Source of the DNA: Candidatus Binatia bacterium
GTDB lineage: Bacteria > Desulfobacterota > Binatia > UBA9968
Reading direction: 5' to 3'
Length of the DNA: 64,000 nt
Assembly (NCBI GenBank): GCA_041483675.1
Contig: JBGPGE010000008.1
Coordinates: 1,211-65,210 of the forward strand
Shown here: one piece after another, positions 39,911 through 49,487 of the stretch
How positions within the stretch are numbered: position 1 is the first letter of the stretch
Layout: each line of letters begins with the position of its first letter
Translations under genes and position numbers: made by a program
The notes under the pieces: model-generated
What the model was told of the DNA's origin: nothing
Database searches by the model: none
What the model saw: the letters and a program-made list of their open reading frames with translations, nothing else

Positions 39911-40586
39911 GGAAAGGAAGAACGCGTCTATCTTGAGCCAACGGAAGTTACACTCGATACGACTCATACTGGCCTCCACCTCCCCCCGCCGCCGTGAGAT
40001 TCTAGCCCTTCTCGGCCTGCCGTTCGAAGTGATCGCTCCGGGATTCGATGAGGTCCCGTCGGCGGGTCGCCCCGTTGAAGAGGAAGTTCTCGAGTTCGCC
40101 GCGGGGAAGGCCGCATCCGTCGCGAAGGATAGTCCTGAAACCATCGTCATCGGCAGCGATACGATGATCCTGATAGACGAAAACAAAAAGCTCGGCAAGC
40201 CCGACGGGATCGAGGACGCAAGACAAATGCTTCTAGCCCTCTCGGGCAAGGTCCACCGGATCTTCACCAGCGTGGCGATCGTCGACGGCTCCGGCGGGCC
40301 GGGCCTCAGGCTTGTGGAAAAAGTTTCCGTGAAGATGCGCGCGTATGCGGCAGAAGAGATCGAGGACTATCTCGCTTGCGGCGAATCGCTCGACAAAGCG
40401 GGCGCCTATTCGATCCAGGGCCGCGGTCGCGCGCTCATCGAATCGATCGACGGCGATTACCTTGCGGCGGTCGGCCTGCCGCTGGCGCCGATCGCCGGCT
40501 ATTTACGAAGCCGCGGCATTTGCGTTCCGTCGAGCGTCGAAAAACTCTACGCCAATAAATCGTTCCTGAACTGGCGGAGCTTCTAG
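39906..40586 (+). CDS. maf: Maf-like nucleoside triphosphate pyrophosphatase
   Basis: LILASTSPRRREIL, GSDT, GAYSIQG motifs. The annotated ATG lies inside the repeat unit, so the true start may be the downstream TTG. Confidence 0.85.
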   Translation: MTERKNASILSQRKLHSIRLILASTSPRRREILALLGLPFEVIAPGFDEVPSAGRPVEEEVLEFAAGKAASVAKDSPETIVIGSDTMILIDENKKLGKPDGIEDARQMLLALSGKVHRIFTSVAIVDGSGGPGLRLVEKVSVKMRAYAAEEIEDYLACGESLDKAGAYSIQGRGRALIESIDGDYLAAVGLPLAPIAGYLRSRGICVPSSVEKLYANKSFLNWRSF

Positions 40587-40612
40587 CAGGTTCTGAAAAA
40601 ACCCTCCGTCCG

Positions 40613-40648
40613 CCCTTCGACAAGCCTGTCCTGAGCGAAGTCGAAGGG
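40613..40648. repeat. intergenic hairpin repeat CCCTTCGAC...CCTGAGCGAAGTCGAAGGG
   Basis: 9-bp inverted arms. Shares the cctgagc-n-a-n-gtcgaa-n-gg core with 16107-16126, 46430-46457, 46531-46558 and 54817-54845. Confidence 0.6.
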
Positions 40649-40690
40649 TCGAAGCATGAAAAACTATTTTTAACAGCCTGCTGGTAATCT

Positions 40691-42607
40691 ATGCCGCCTT
40701 TGCTTCGCTTAGATAACGTCTCTCTGGCCTACGGCCACCTGCCGCTGCTCGCCCACGTGGATTTTCAGATCGAGGCGGGCGAACGCGTCTGCCTGGTCGG
40801 CCGCAACGGGACCGGCAAATCCACTCTGTTTCGCGTCATCACCGGAGCGGCGCTGCCTGACGAGGGCGAGGTCTGGCGTGAGGAGACGCTCCGCGTCGCG
40901 CATCTCGAACAGGAAGTCCCGCCGGATACGGAACAGACGGTGTTCGACGTGGTCGCCGCCGGGCTGGGCGAATTGGGCGCGCTGCTGGCGGAGTATCACC
41001 ACGTCACGCATCAGGCCGCCGTGGCCGAGGCCGCGTCTCTGGACCGCATGGCCGCTCTGCACGCGCGCATCGACGCGCTCGACGGCTGGGACATCGGCCA
41101 AAAGGTCGAGACCGTGCTGACGCGGTTGAATCTGCCCGCGGACAAGCCGCTCGCCGGCTGCTCCGGCGGGACCCGGAGACAAGTCATGCTCGCGCGGACC
41201 CTGGTGAGCGATCCCGATCTGTTATTGTTGGACGAGCCGACCAACCATCTCGACATCGCCGCCATCACCTGGCTCGAAGATTTTTTGCTGGCCTATCGTG
41301 GCGCGCTGATCTTCATCACCCACGACCGCACGCTCGTAAGACATCTGGCAACCCGCATCGTCGACCTCGACCGGGGAAGGTTGAGCTCTTTTCCCGGCGA
41401 CTTCGATACCTACCTCACCCGGAAAGAGGAAATGCTGGAGATCGAAGCTCGCGCGGCGGCCAAGTTCGATAAGCGGCTGGCGGAGGAAGAGGCGTGGATT
41501 CGCCGGGGGATCAAGGCGCGGCGCACGCGCAACGAAGGGCGGGTCAGGGCGTTACAGGCGATGCGAAGCGAGCGCAGCCAGCGCCTCGCGGCGCAGGGCA
41601 AGGCCGGCTTCAAGATCGACGCCGGAGATTTATCCGGCAAGCTGGTGGTCGATCTGCGCCACGTCAGTTTTCGCTACGGCGACAACCTGATTATCCACGA
41701 TCTGTCGACGGGCATTCTCCGCGGCGACCGGGTCGGCATCATCGGCCCCAACGGCTCCGGCAAGAGCACGCTGCTGCGGTTGATTCTCGGCGATCTTGCG
41801 CCGACCGGCGGGCAGGTGGTGACGGGCACGCGGCTCAGGGTCGCCTACTTCGACCAGCACCGCGGACGGCTGGACCCCGAAAAGACGGTGCGCGAGAATC
41901 TGAGCGACTCCAACTACATCACCGTCAGGGGCCGCTCGCGCCACGTCATCGGTTATCTCAAAGATTTTCTGTTTCCGCCGGAGCGCATCGACTCGCCGGT
42001 GAAGGCGCTGTCCGGCGGGGAGCGCAATCGTCTGCTGCTGGCGAAGATCTTCACCCGCTCCGTGAACCTGATGGTCCTCGACGAGCCGACCAACGATCTC
42101 GACGTCGATACGCTGGAGTTATTGGAAGATCTGCTGGCGGACTACAAAGGAACGCTGTTGCTGGTGAGCCACGACCGGACCTTTCTCGATAACGTCGTGA
42201 CGAGCACGCTGGTGTTCGAGGGCGACGGCAAGGTCGGGGAATACGTCGGCGGGTACGAAGATTGGGCGCGCTATCGACGGCTCGCCGCCGCCGAACGGGC
42301 CGAGCCGCCGAAACGCGCGACGGCCACGTCCTCAGCCGCCGCAACGGACGAGAAGCGCGACAGCAAACCCCGCAAGCTCTCCTACAAAGAACAGCGCGAG
42401 CTGGCGGCGCTGCCCGCAAAGATCGAATCGCTGGAGGCCGAGCAGTCCGAGCTGCGCGCGGCGATGAACGACGCCGACTTTTACCGCCAGCCGCGCAACA
42501 AGATCGCCGCTGCCACGGATCGCCTGGAGACCGTTGCGCGGGAACTCGAAGCCTGCTACGCCCGTTGGCAAGCTTTGGATTCGCAGGCCAACGCCGGGAG
42601 TAGTTAA
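40691..42607 (+). CDS. uup: ABC-F family ATPase (Uup-like, two ABC domains plus C-terminal coiled coil)
   Basis: Two Walker A motifs (GRNGTGKST, GPNGSGKST), two signature motifs (CSGGTRRQV, LSGGERNRL), C-terminal charged coiled-coil tail. Confidence 0.9.
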   Translation: MPPLLRLDNVSLAYGHLPLLAHVDFQIEAGERVCLVGRNGTGKSTLFRVITGAALPDEGEVWREETLRVAHLEQEVPPDTEQTVFDVVAAGLGELGALLAEYHHVTHQAAVAEAASLDRMAALHARIDALDGWDIGQKVETVLTRLNLPADKPLAGCSGGTRRQVMLARTLVSDPDLLLLDEPTNHLDIAAITWLEDFLLAYRGALIFITHDRTLVRHLATRIVDLDRGRLSSFPGDFDTYLTRKEEMLEIEARAAAKFDKRLAEEEAWIRRGIKARRTRNEGRVRALQAMRSERSQRLAAQGKAGFKIDAGDLSGKLVVDLRHVSFRYGDNLIIHDLSTGILRGDRVGIIGPNGSGKSTLLRLILGDLAPTGGQVVTGTRLRVAYFDQHRGRLDPEKTVRENLSDSNYITVRGRSRHVIGYLKDFLFPPERIDSPVKALSGGERNRLLLAKIFTRSVNLMVLDEPTNDLDVDTLELLEDLLADYKGTLLLVSHDRTFLDNVVTSTLVFEGDGKVGEYVGGYEDWARYRRLAAAERAEPPKRATATSSAAATDEKRDSKPRKLSYKEQRELAALPAKIESLEAEQSELRAAMNDADFYRQPRNKIAAATDRLETVARELEACYARWQALDSQANAGSS

Positions 42608-42652
42608 TCTGCGCGACTTTTATCGAAGAGGGTCACCGCTGAGTTCGGAGTC

Positions 42653-43060
42653 TCAAACAACCTCGGTGACAATTTCCTCCGGTGTCGAGACAGTGATTAT
42701 ATTCTGTCTGAAGTGCTTCTTATTTCGAGTCACAATCCGCTCCACGGCGGCAATCCTGGCACACTGGAACTGGATGGCATCCTCAAAGTCGGGGAGGCTG
42801 CTATCGTAGGCGGCCTCTAAAGTGTCTTCGCTTATCGGAACGATTGTAAACGAGGCGAGAGTTTCCCGCACGGTTTTCCGCGACAGCGGCTCATTGAGAG
42901 TGCGCCTTCCGAAGAAGTAAAGGATCGGCGGCGTTAAAGCAGAGACATAACCATCTAATTTCCCAGTCCGCACATAGCTGACGACCGCCAGGCTCGCCTC
43001 CCAACCCGTCCGCTGCCGGTAAATATCCTCGAAGATGTTGATGTCAACCAGGATCTTCAC
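42653..43060 (-). CDS. PIN-domain toxin (VapC-like)
   Basis: MKILVDINIFEDI N-terminal acidic motif and FEDAIQF. 4-nt overlap with the upstream small gene. Visibly lower GC. Confidence 0.7.
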   Translation of the reverse strand: MKILVDINIFEDIYRQRTGWEASLAVVSYVRTGKLDGYVSALTPPILYFFGRRTLNEPLSRKTVRETLASFTIVPISEDTLEAAYDSSLPDFEDAIQFQCARIAAVERIVTRNKKHFRQNIITVSTPEEIVTEVV

Positions 43061-43308
43061 TTCGATTCATAGAAAACATCGATTGCGTCGCGGAGGGCCT
43101 GTTTCTCCCGGCGGAGACTCAAGGGTGGATCGATACCGACGCATTTGAGCAACTCCGGATCTACGCGAAGCGCCGGAAATTTTCTTTTAAGAGCCTCTTC
43201 CGGTGGCGCCTTTTTCGCTTTCTTTAGACCTGCGGCGCTTTTCTCGACCAACCTAAGCCGCCGTTTGATCTCTTGTATCTCCTTGATGAGCTCTTTGCGG
43301 TTTTTCAT
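43057..43308 (-). CDS. putative antitoxin of the PIN toxin
   Basis: 83-aa charged protein, translationally coupled to the PIN gene. Family not recognised. Confidence 0.5.
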   Translation of the reverse strand: MKNRKELIKEIQEIKRRLRLVEKSAAGLKKAKKAPPEEALKRKFPALRVDPELLKCVGIDPPLSLRREKQALRDAIDVFYESK

Positions 43309-43431
43309 ACTCCCTCTGCCAACCTATTGTAAACTAGATCAGCGAAAAGATCACCTTATCGTACCATCGAACAATAGAAGCTGAATATCGCCGCGACATT
43401 CACAGAACAGAGACAGTACTGTCCAAGCGGC

Positions 43432-44466
43432 TCACTTCATCAGCCCCACGCTCTTTAAGAACCCTGCCTTCTCCAGACGATCGACGAAGGAGTTATCGAA
43501 GAACTCTTTCGGGTCTGAATTTTTGGCTTGCGGGAATTCCTTTTCGTCCATGTAGGCGAACTGCGCCTGGATCGCCTCGCCGCGCACGTGGAGATTCATC
43601 TCCCAATAGGGCGCGAACGCCTCATAGGTGCCGTCCACGGTCGGGGCGTCGTCTATCTTGGCGTATTTGGCGATGGCTTTTTTAGCGATCTCCGGCTGCT
43701 TCCTGGACAACACCACCGCTTCGGCCATCGCTTTTAAAAAGGCGTAAATCGTATTCGGGTTGCTCTTGAGATATTTCTCGGTGGTTCCGTAGGTCACCTG
43801 CAAACCCGGGATATTCAACTTGCCGATATCCACCAGCAGGTTGAGTCCGGCCTCTTTCGCTTTCAGCGTATTGGGGGCGGAGAGCGTGCCGGCGGAGGTC
43901 TTGCCGCCGATGATCGCGCTCAAAATGGCCGGCACGCTTTGCGCATAGAGAATCTGAACGTCTTTGTCCGGCGTCAGGCCGTTTTTCTTGAGCGCCTCGC
44001 GCGTCGCCGTGTCGAGCGCGGCGCGCGGGGTGCTCACGGCCACGGTCTTCCCTTTGAGCTGCTGGACGGCGCCGATCTCCTTGGCGCCCCACATCTGAAA
44101 GACCAGTTGCTGCATCGTGCCGCCGAAGTATTTGACCTCGCCGCCTCTCATGCGCGCGTTGATGAGGTCGGGGCCGTTGGTATAAAAATCGGCCTCGCCC
44201 GAAATCACCGCCTGAGCGGACACCTGCGGGGTCAGGAGCTGGAGCTTGGCGTTCAGCCCATATTTCTTGAACAGCCCGGCGTCGGCGGCCACCCAGATCG
44301 GCGTGAAGGCGCCGCTGGGCTGGGCGTAAGTCACAACGATATCTGTTTTTTCCGGTTTGCCGCCGACCTCGTTCTGGCCGAAGCTCGCCGAGGCAAAGAG
44401 CGCTAACGTCAGTCCGAGGACCGTCGCTAAAACGCTCTCACGTGAAATTATACGTCGCGCAAACAT
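43432..44466 (-). CDS. ABC transporter substrate-binding protein (NMT1/THI5-like, NitT/TauT family)
   Basis: Signal peptide MFARRIISRESVLATVLGLTLALFASASFG. Start at ATG 44466 with an AAAGGAGGA RBS. Confidence 0.75.
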   Translation of the reverse strand: MFARRIISRESVLATVLGLTLALFASASFGQNEVGGKPEKTDIVVTYAQPSGAFTPIWVAADAGLFKKYGLNAKLQLLTPQVSAQAVISGEADFYTNGPDLINARMRGGEVKYFGGTMQQLVFQMWGAKEIGAVQQLKGKTVAVSTPRAALDTATREALKKNGLTPDKDVQILYAQSVPAILSAIIGGKTSAGTLSAPNTLKAKEAGLNLLVDIGKLNIPGLQVTYGTTEKYLKSNPNTIYAFLKAMAEAVVLSRKQPEIAKKAIAKYAKIDDAPTVDGTYEAFAPYWEMNLHVRGEAIQAQFAYMDEKEFPQAKNSDPKEFFDNSFVDRLEKAGFLKSVGLMK

Positions 44467-44495
44467 TGGAGTTCCTCCTTTCATGGCACGCCTGT

Positions 44496-46280
44496 CTATA
44501 ACACGGAGGCCCTGGTATCCACCAGTCTCAGCTCCACGGACTTGGTCCCGTTCCACTCGTTCTCGCTCAGCCGATAAACCAGATCACACCTGGCGCCGGG
44601 CGCGAGCTTCGGAGCAGGCTGCTGACCGGGATCGCCGGTCGAGCCACGACGATCGTCGAACATCACTGCATCGAAGCTCCGGCTCCCCTGCCTGAGCTTC
44701 ACACGGGTCCCGCCGTTGAAGTCGCGCCGCGCCGTTACTTCAACCGCGCGGGTCAGAAAAAGCGGCTCCGGATTGCCGACGCCGAACGGCCGCAGCCCGT
44801 CCAGCTCGCGCATTAAAGGAAACCCCATCGCCGAAAATTCCAGCTCGGCATCTATCTCCAGCGCCGGGATGAGATCCTCGGCGCGGAGGCCGGCCCGCGC
44901 GACCGCTTCGAAGCGATCCCTGAACAGCGGAAACTTTTCCTCGCGAATCGTCAATCCCGCCGCGTATTCGTGGCCGCCGTACTTTTCCAGCAGGTCGGCG
45001 CAGCGGACGAAGCCTTCGACCAGGTGAAATCCGCGAATGCTCCGCGCCGAGCCCTTGCCCTCCCCGGCGCGAAATCCCACCACGACCGTCGGACGATAAA
45101 AGCGTTCGGTCAAGCGCGAGGCGACGATGCCGAGCACGCCCGGATGCCAGCCCTCTTGGCCGACGACGACGGAGTAGCGATCTTGCAGAAAGCCATCGCC
45201 GTGGCAGGTTGACAGCGCTTCGGCCAGCACGCGCGCCTCCATCTCCTGCCGCTCGCGGTTGTCGGCATCCAGTTCTTCGGCGATCCTCAGCGCGACCTCC
45301 TCCGAATCGGTCGTAAGCATTTCGACGACCTTAAGCCCCGCGTCCATCCGGCCGGCGGCGTTGATGCGCGGCCCAAGCCGAAACGCGACCTGTCCCACGC
45401 CGATCTCCCCGGGAGCGATCCCCGCCACGCGCTTGAGCGCCAGGATGCCGGGACGCGTCGAGCCGCCGAGTTCCACCAGCCCGCGCCGGACCAGCACCCG
45501 GTTGACTCCGCGTAGCGGCACCATGTCGGCGATCGTGCCGAGCGTGACGATATCGAGACAGCGGCGGACATCGGGCACCCCGTAAAGGGGCGAGGCCCCC
45601 ACGGGGCTTTTCGCCCCACCGTCGCCGAACCAGCCGCTGTCGCGCAGTTTCGCTCTGAGCGCCATGACAAGATAGAACGCCAGCCCGGCGCCGCATAGGC
45701 CCTTGTCGGGAAAGCGGCAATCTGTGCGGTGAGGATTGATAATCGCGACGGCGGGCGGGAGCCTCGCAGGCAGCTCATGGTGATCGACGACGATCGCGTC
45801 GATTCCCAGCTCCCGGGCGGCTTCGACTTCCTTGGCGTTCGAGATGCCGCAATCTACGGTTACGACGAGCCGCACTCCGCGCGCGGCCAGTTGTTTCATT
45901 CCCTCGACGTTCAGCCCGTAGCCTTCGTCGATCCGGTGGGGCACATAATAGCTCGCCCGCGCCCCGGCCTCTTTGAGAAACGACACAAGAGTCGCCGCGC
46001 CGGTCGTGCCATCGACGTCATAGTCTCCCCAGACGCAGATCTGCTCTTTGCCTTCCAGGGCGACGACGAGGCGCGCTACGGCTTCATCCATGCCCGCCAT
46101 GAGCGACGGGGACGGAAGATCGGAGCGCAGGCTCGAAGAGAGAAATTTCTCGGCGGTCGCAGGCTCGGTTAAGCCGCGGTTGACCAGCAGGCGGGCGATC
46201 AGAGGAGTGAGTTGAAGTTTTTGGGAGAGCAGCGAGACGAGAGCGTCATCCGCCTGTTTCACGATCCAGCGTTTGTCCAC
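44496..46280 (-). CDS. recJ: single-stranded-DNA-specific exonuclease RecJ
   Basis: DHH motifs (GDYDVDGTTG, VTVDCGI, IVVDHH) and a DHHA1 region. Confidence 0.93.
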   Translation of the reverse strand: MDKRWIVKQADDALVSLLSQKLQLTPLIARLLVNRGLTEPATAEKFLSSSLRSDLPSPSLMAGMDEAVARLVVALEGKEQICVWGDYDVDGTTGAATLVSFLKEAGARASYYVPHRIDEGYGLNVEGMKQLAARGVRLVVTVDCGISNAKEVEAARELGIDAIVVDHHELPARLPPAVAIINPHRTDCRFPDKGLCGAGLAFYLVMALRAKLRDSGWFGDGGAKSPVGASPLYGVPDVRRCLDIVTLGTIADMVPLRGVNRVLVRRGLVELGGSTRPGILALKRVAGIAPGEIGVGQVAFRLGPRINAAGRMDAGLKVVEMLTTDSEEVALRIAEELDADNRERQEMEARVLAEALSTCHGDGFLQDRYSVVVGQEGWHPGVLGIVASRLTERFYRPTVVVGFRAGEGKGSARSIRGFHLVEGFVRCADLLEKYGGHEYAAGLTIREEKFPLFRDRFEAVARAGLRAEDLIPALEIDAELEFSAMGFPLMRELDGLRPFGVGNPEPLFLTRAVEVTARRDFNGGTRVKLRQGSRSFDAVMFDDRRGSTGDPGQQPAPKLAPGARCDLVYRLSENEWNGTKSVELRLVDTRASVL

Positions 46281-46407
46281 AGTTTTTAGTTTAAAGCGAA
46301 AGCGCGCCGGGTCTTCATCCGAAAACTAAAGACTGAGAACCAATCAATAACCCCGCAGCAAGGTGCTGGGCATCAAGAGGCCCTCGGATGACTTTTCCCC
46401 AAGTTGT

Positions 46408-46577
46408 CATGGTTCGATCTTCCTCACCATGACCCTGAGTAAAGTCGAATGGGTCACCCCCGAATGTTTTAATCGGGGGTCCAGTCCGAAATTCGCCTGG
46501 ATTCCCGCTCATGGTTCGATCTTCCTCACCATGACCCTGAGCAACGTCGAATGGGTCAAAGCATGCGGGAATGACGG
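46408..46577. repeat. tandem 50-nt repeats (period 101 nt), the second nested inside a GTCATTCCCGC hairpin unit
   Basis: 46408-46457 and 46509-46558 differ at 2 of 50 positions. The second copy is flanked by ctggattcccgc ... gcatgcgggaatgacgg, which are the two halves of the 27-nt unit. An inverted copy lies at 54816-54867. Confidence 0.8.
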
Positions 46578-46653
46578 ACTCTGGCAGTGCTACCAATCTC
46601 CACTACGCAGCAAGCTGCGGGGAATTGACCCGCAGGAGATTAAAAACTCGCGT

Positions 46654-47547
46654 TTATTTCCGCTTCTCCCACAGCAGAATCACCGGGCTGGCGATGAAGA
46701 TCGTCGAATAGACGCCTGAAAAAAATCCGACGAGCAGCGCGTAGGCGAACGGGCGGATCACGGCGCCGCCCAGCAGGAACAACGCGACCAGCACTAAAAG
46801 CGCCGTGCCGGTGGTGATGATCGTCCGGCTGAGCGTTTCGTTGATGCTGGTGTTGATGATCGCCTCCAGGCCTTCCCTTCTGATCTTGCGCATATTTTCC
46901 CGGACGCGATCGCAGACGATAACCGTGTCGTTCACCGAAAAACCGACGATCGTCAGCAGCGCCGCCACGATGGTGAGATCGAACTCGTAGTTCGCCACCA
47001 GCAATGCGCCGATGGTGACCAGAATATCGTGGATCAAGGCGATCACCGCGCCCACGCCGAAGCGCAGCTCGAACCGAAACCATATATAAAGCCCCATCAT
47101 GACCGTGGCGGCGATAACCGACCAGACGCCTCGCTCGCGCAACTCCTTGCCGACCTTGGGCCCGACCGATTCGATACGACGAATCTCAAAGCGGCCTTGC
47201 CCGAACTGGGCGGAGAGCGCGCCGCGAATCTTTTCTCCCAGCGCGCCGAGTTCGATCGAGCTCTTCTCCAGCCGGACGATGAATTCGTTCGAACCGTCCT
47301 GGCCGAAGTCCTGGACCACCCCCTCGCCCAACCCCAATGGAGTAAGCGCCTGGCGGACCTCGGGGATTGAAATCTTTTGTTGAAACCTAAGCTGCACCAG
47401 AGTGCCTCCCGCAAAATCGACGCCCAGGTTCGGTCCTTTGATGAGCAGCAAGGCCAGCACCGCGACGTTCACCAGCGTCGAGATAGCCACGGCGATGTGA
47501 CGGTATTTCGTAAACGGGATTTTCGTTCCCGGTTTGATAAGCTCCAT
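46654..47547 (-). CDS. secF: protein translocase subunit SecF
   Basis: GVDFAGGTLVQL, and an RND-like TM bundle with FSVNDTVIVCDRVREN. Confidence 0.93.
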   Translation of the reverse strand: MELIKPGTKIPFTKYRHIAVAISTLVNVAVLALLLIKGPNLGVDFAGGTLVQLRFQQKISIPEVRQALTPLGLGEGVVQDFGQDGSNEFIVRLEKSSIELGALGEKIRGALSAQFGQGRFEIRRIESVGPKVGKELRERGVWSVIAATVMMGLYIWFRFELRFGVGAVIALIHDILVTIGALLVANYEFDLTIVAALLTIVGFSVNDTVIVCDRVRENMRKIRREGLEAIINTSINETLSRTIITTGTALLVLVALFLLGGAVIRPFAYALLVGFFSGVYSTIFIASPVILLWEKRK

Positions 47548-47557
47548 AGTGTTCCCC

Positions 47558-49144
47558 TCAGATGCTGATCCGCGCGAGCTTTCGCGCCGCGATGCGATAA
47601 TCGTAGTAAATCCGCGTCATGTAAACCGCGGACAGAATCGTCGTGACGATGCCGATGCAAAGCGTGATAGCGAATCCTCGTATCGGACCGGTGCCGAATT
47701 GAAAGAGAATGACGCCGGACAGAAACGTCGTGATATTGGAGTCGAGAATGGCCGGCAGCGCGCGCTCGTAACCCGCCTCGATGGCGGCGCGCGGGGATTT
47801 GCCGGCGCGCAGCTCTTCCCGTATGCGCTCATTGATGAGCACGTTCGCGTCGACGGCCATGCCGATGGTCAGGACGATGCCGCCGATGCCGGGGAGCGTC
47901 AGCACGGCCTTAAAGCCGGCCAGGACCGCTATCAAGTAAAGGATGTTGAAGACGACGGCCACGTCGGCCACCAGGCCGGCGCCGTTGTAGTACGCGATCA
48001 TAAACAGGATCACGAGGGATCCGCCGACGATAAACGAGATAATTCCCTGTCGGATCGAGTCGCGGCCGAGGGAGGGACCCACGGTGCGCTCTTCGACGAT
48101 CTCCAGCGGCGCGGGCAGGGCGCCGGCTCTCAGCACCAGCGCGAGGTCGCGCGCCTCTTTCATCTCGAAGTTTCCCGTGATCGAAGCCCGGCCGCCGCCG
48201 ATCCGGCCCAGGATGACCGGCGCCGAGTAAACCTTGTTGTCGAGGATGATGGCCAGGCGGCGCTTGACGTTGTCGCCCGTGATCCTCTCGAACAGCCGCG
48301 CGCCGCTCGAACTCAAGATCAGCTCGACGTAGGGCCCTTCGAGCTGCTGGCTGGGGCGCACGCGGGCGTCGGTGATATAATCGCCGGTCATGAGCGTGCG
48401 TGCCTCCAGGAGATAGGGGGGTTTTTCGCCGCCGGCTCTGCCATCGCCGTAACGGATTTCCATGCCGGGCGGCGGCCCGCTGCGCAGCGCCTCTTCGGGA
48501 TTGGGAAACTCGGCCACCAGCTTGAACTCCAGCAGCGCCGTCCTCTTGATGATCTCCTTGGCTCGGTCCGAATCCTGAATTCCAGGCAATTGGACCAGAA
48601 TGTCCTGCTCGCCGTGGCGCTGAATGATCGGCTCGCTCACGCCGAACTGATCGATCCGGTTGCGGATGGTTTCGAGCGCCTGATCCACGGTGGCGTCCTT
48701 CAGCTCTTTGAGATCCTTCGGGCTCAACGCCAGCACAAATTCCGTCTGGCCGGCGGCGGTTTGCGGGTTGGTCACGGTGAGGTTCGGGAATTCGGCTTTG
48801 AGCAGATCTCTCAGTTTGTCGGCGCTCGCCGTCGGGACTTTAAGCTGGATCTGATTGGCGCGAACGCGGGAAAGCTCGCTGAAGGCGATGCCCTTTTCTT
48901 TCAGCAGCCTGTTCAAGTCGTCTTTCATCCGTTCGATCGCGTTTTCGACCGCCTTGTCGACTTTGACTTCCAAGACCAGATGGCTCCCGCCCTGGAGGTC
49001 CAATCCGAGATTGATCCGCTCCGCCGGAAGGTAGGAACCCCACCACGACGGCAGCTCGCCGACGACCGACGGCAGCAGATAGAGGCCCGACGCGAAGCTC
49101 AAGACGAGAAAAATCGCCAGACGAACGACCACACCCCGTTGCAT
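47558..49144 (-). CDS. secD: protein translocase subunit SecD
   Basis: LGLDLQGGSHLVLEV, GPSLGRDSI, GMAVDANVLINERIREE. Confidence 0.93.
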   Translation of the reverse strand: MQRGVVVRLAIFLVLSFASGLYLLPSVVGELPSWWGSYLPAERINLGLDLQGGSHLVLEVKVDKAVENAIERMKDDLNRLLKEKGIAFSELSRVRANQIQLKVPTASADKLRDLLKAEFPNLTVTNPQTAAGQTEFVLALSPKDLKELKDATVDQALETIRNRIDQFGVSEPIIQRHGEQDILVQLPGIQDSDRAKEIIKRTALLEFKLVAEFPNPEEALRSGPPPGMEIRYGDGRAGGEKPPYLLEARTLMTGDYITDARVRPSQQLEGPYVELILSSSGARLFERITGDNVKRRLAIILDNKVYSAPVILGRIGGGRASITGNFEMKEARDLALVLRAGALPAPLEIVEERTVGPSLGRDSIRQGIISFIVGGSLVILFMIAYYNGAGLVADVAVVFNILYLIAVLAGFKAVLTLPGIGGIVLTIGMAVDANVLINERIREELRAGKSPRAAIEAGYERALPAILDSNITTFLSGVILFQFGTGPIRGFAITLCIGIVTTILSAVYMTRIYYDYRIAARKLARISI

Positions 49145-49145
49145 G

Positions 49146-49487
49146 TTATTGCTCCTTGCCCTCTTTGGCGGCCGGTTTTTCTCCGGTCACAACCTGGGAG
49201 ATTTGCGGCCGATGGACTCTGACCCGCACGTTCGGCGCCACCTCCAGCGTCACCACCGCGTCGGTTAAGTTCACAACCTTACCGTAAATCCCGCCGGAGG
49301 TCATCACGTCATCGTTTTTTTTGAGCTGCCCCAACATCTCCCGGTGCTCTTTGGCCTTTTTCTGCTGCGGCCGGATCAGCAAAAAGTAAAAAACGACGAA
49401 AACCAATATCAGCGGGGCGAAGCTTATCAGCCCGCTCGCCCCGCCCGCCCCCGGTCCCGCCTGCGCATACGCTAAATCGATCATCAT
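49146..49487 (-). CDS. yajC: preprotein translocase subunit YajC
   Basis: LILVFVVFYFLLIRPQQKKAKEHREML...GGIYGKVV. ATG 49487 overlaps the tgt stop as ATGA. Confidence 0.85.
   Translation of the reverse strand: MMIDLAYAQAGPGAGGASGLISFAPLILVFVVFYFLLIRPQQKKAKEHREMLGQLKKNDDVMTSGGIYGKVVNLTDAVVTLEVAPNVRVRVHRPQISQVVTGEKPAAKEGKEQ

Noticed and set aside
47534-49222. 562-aa ORF on the plus strand
   Set aside because: It is antisense to secD, so it is a shadow ORF.
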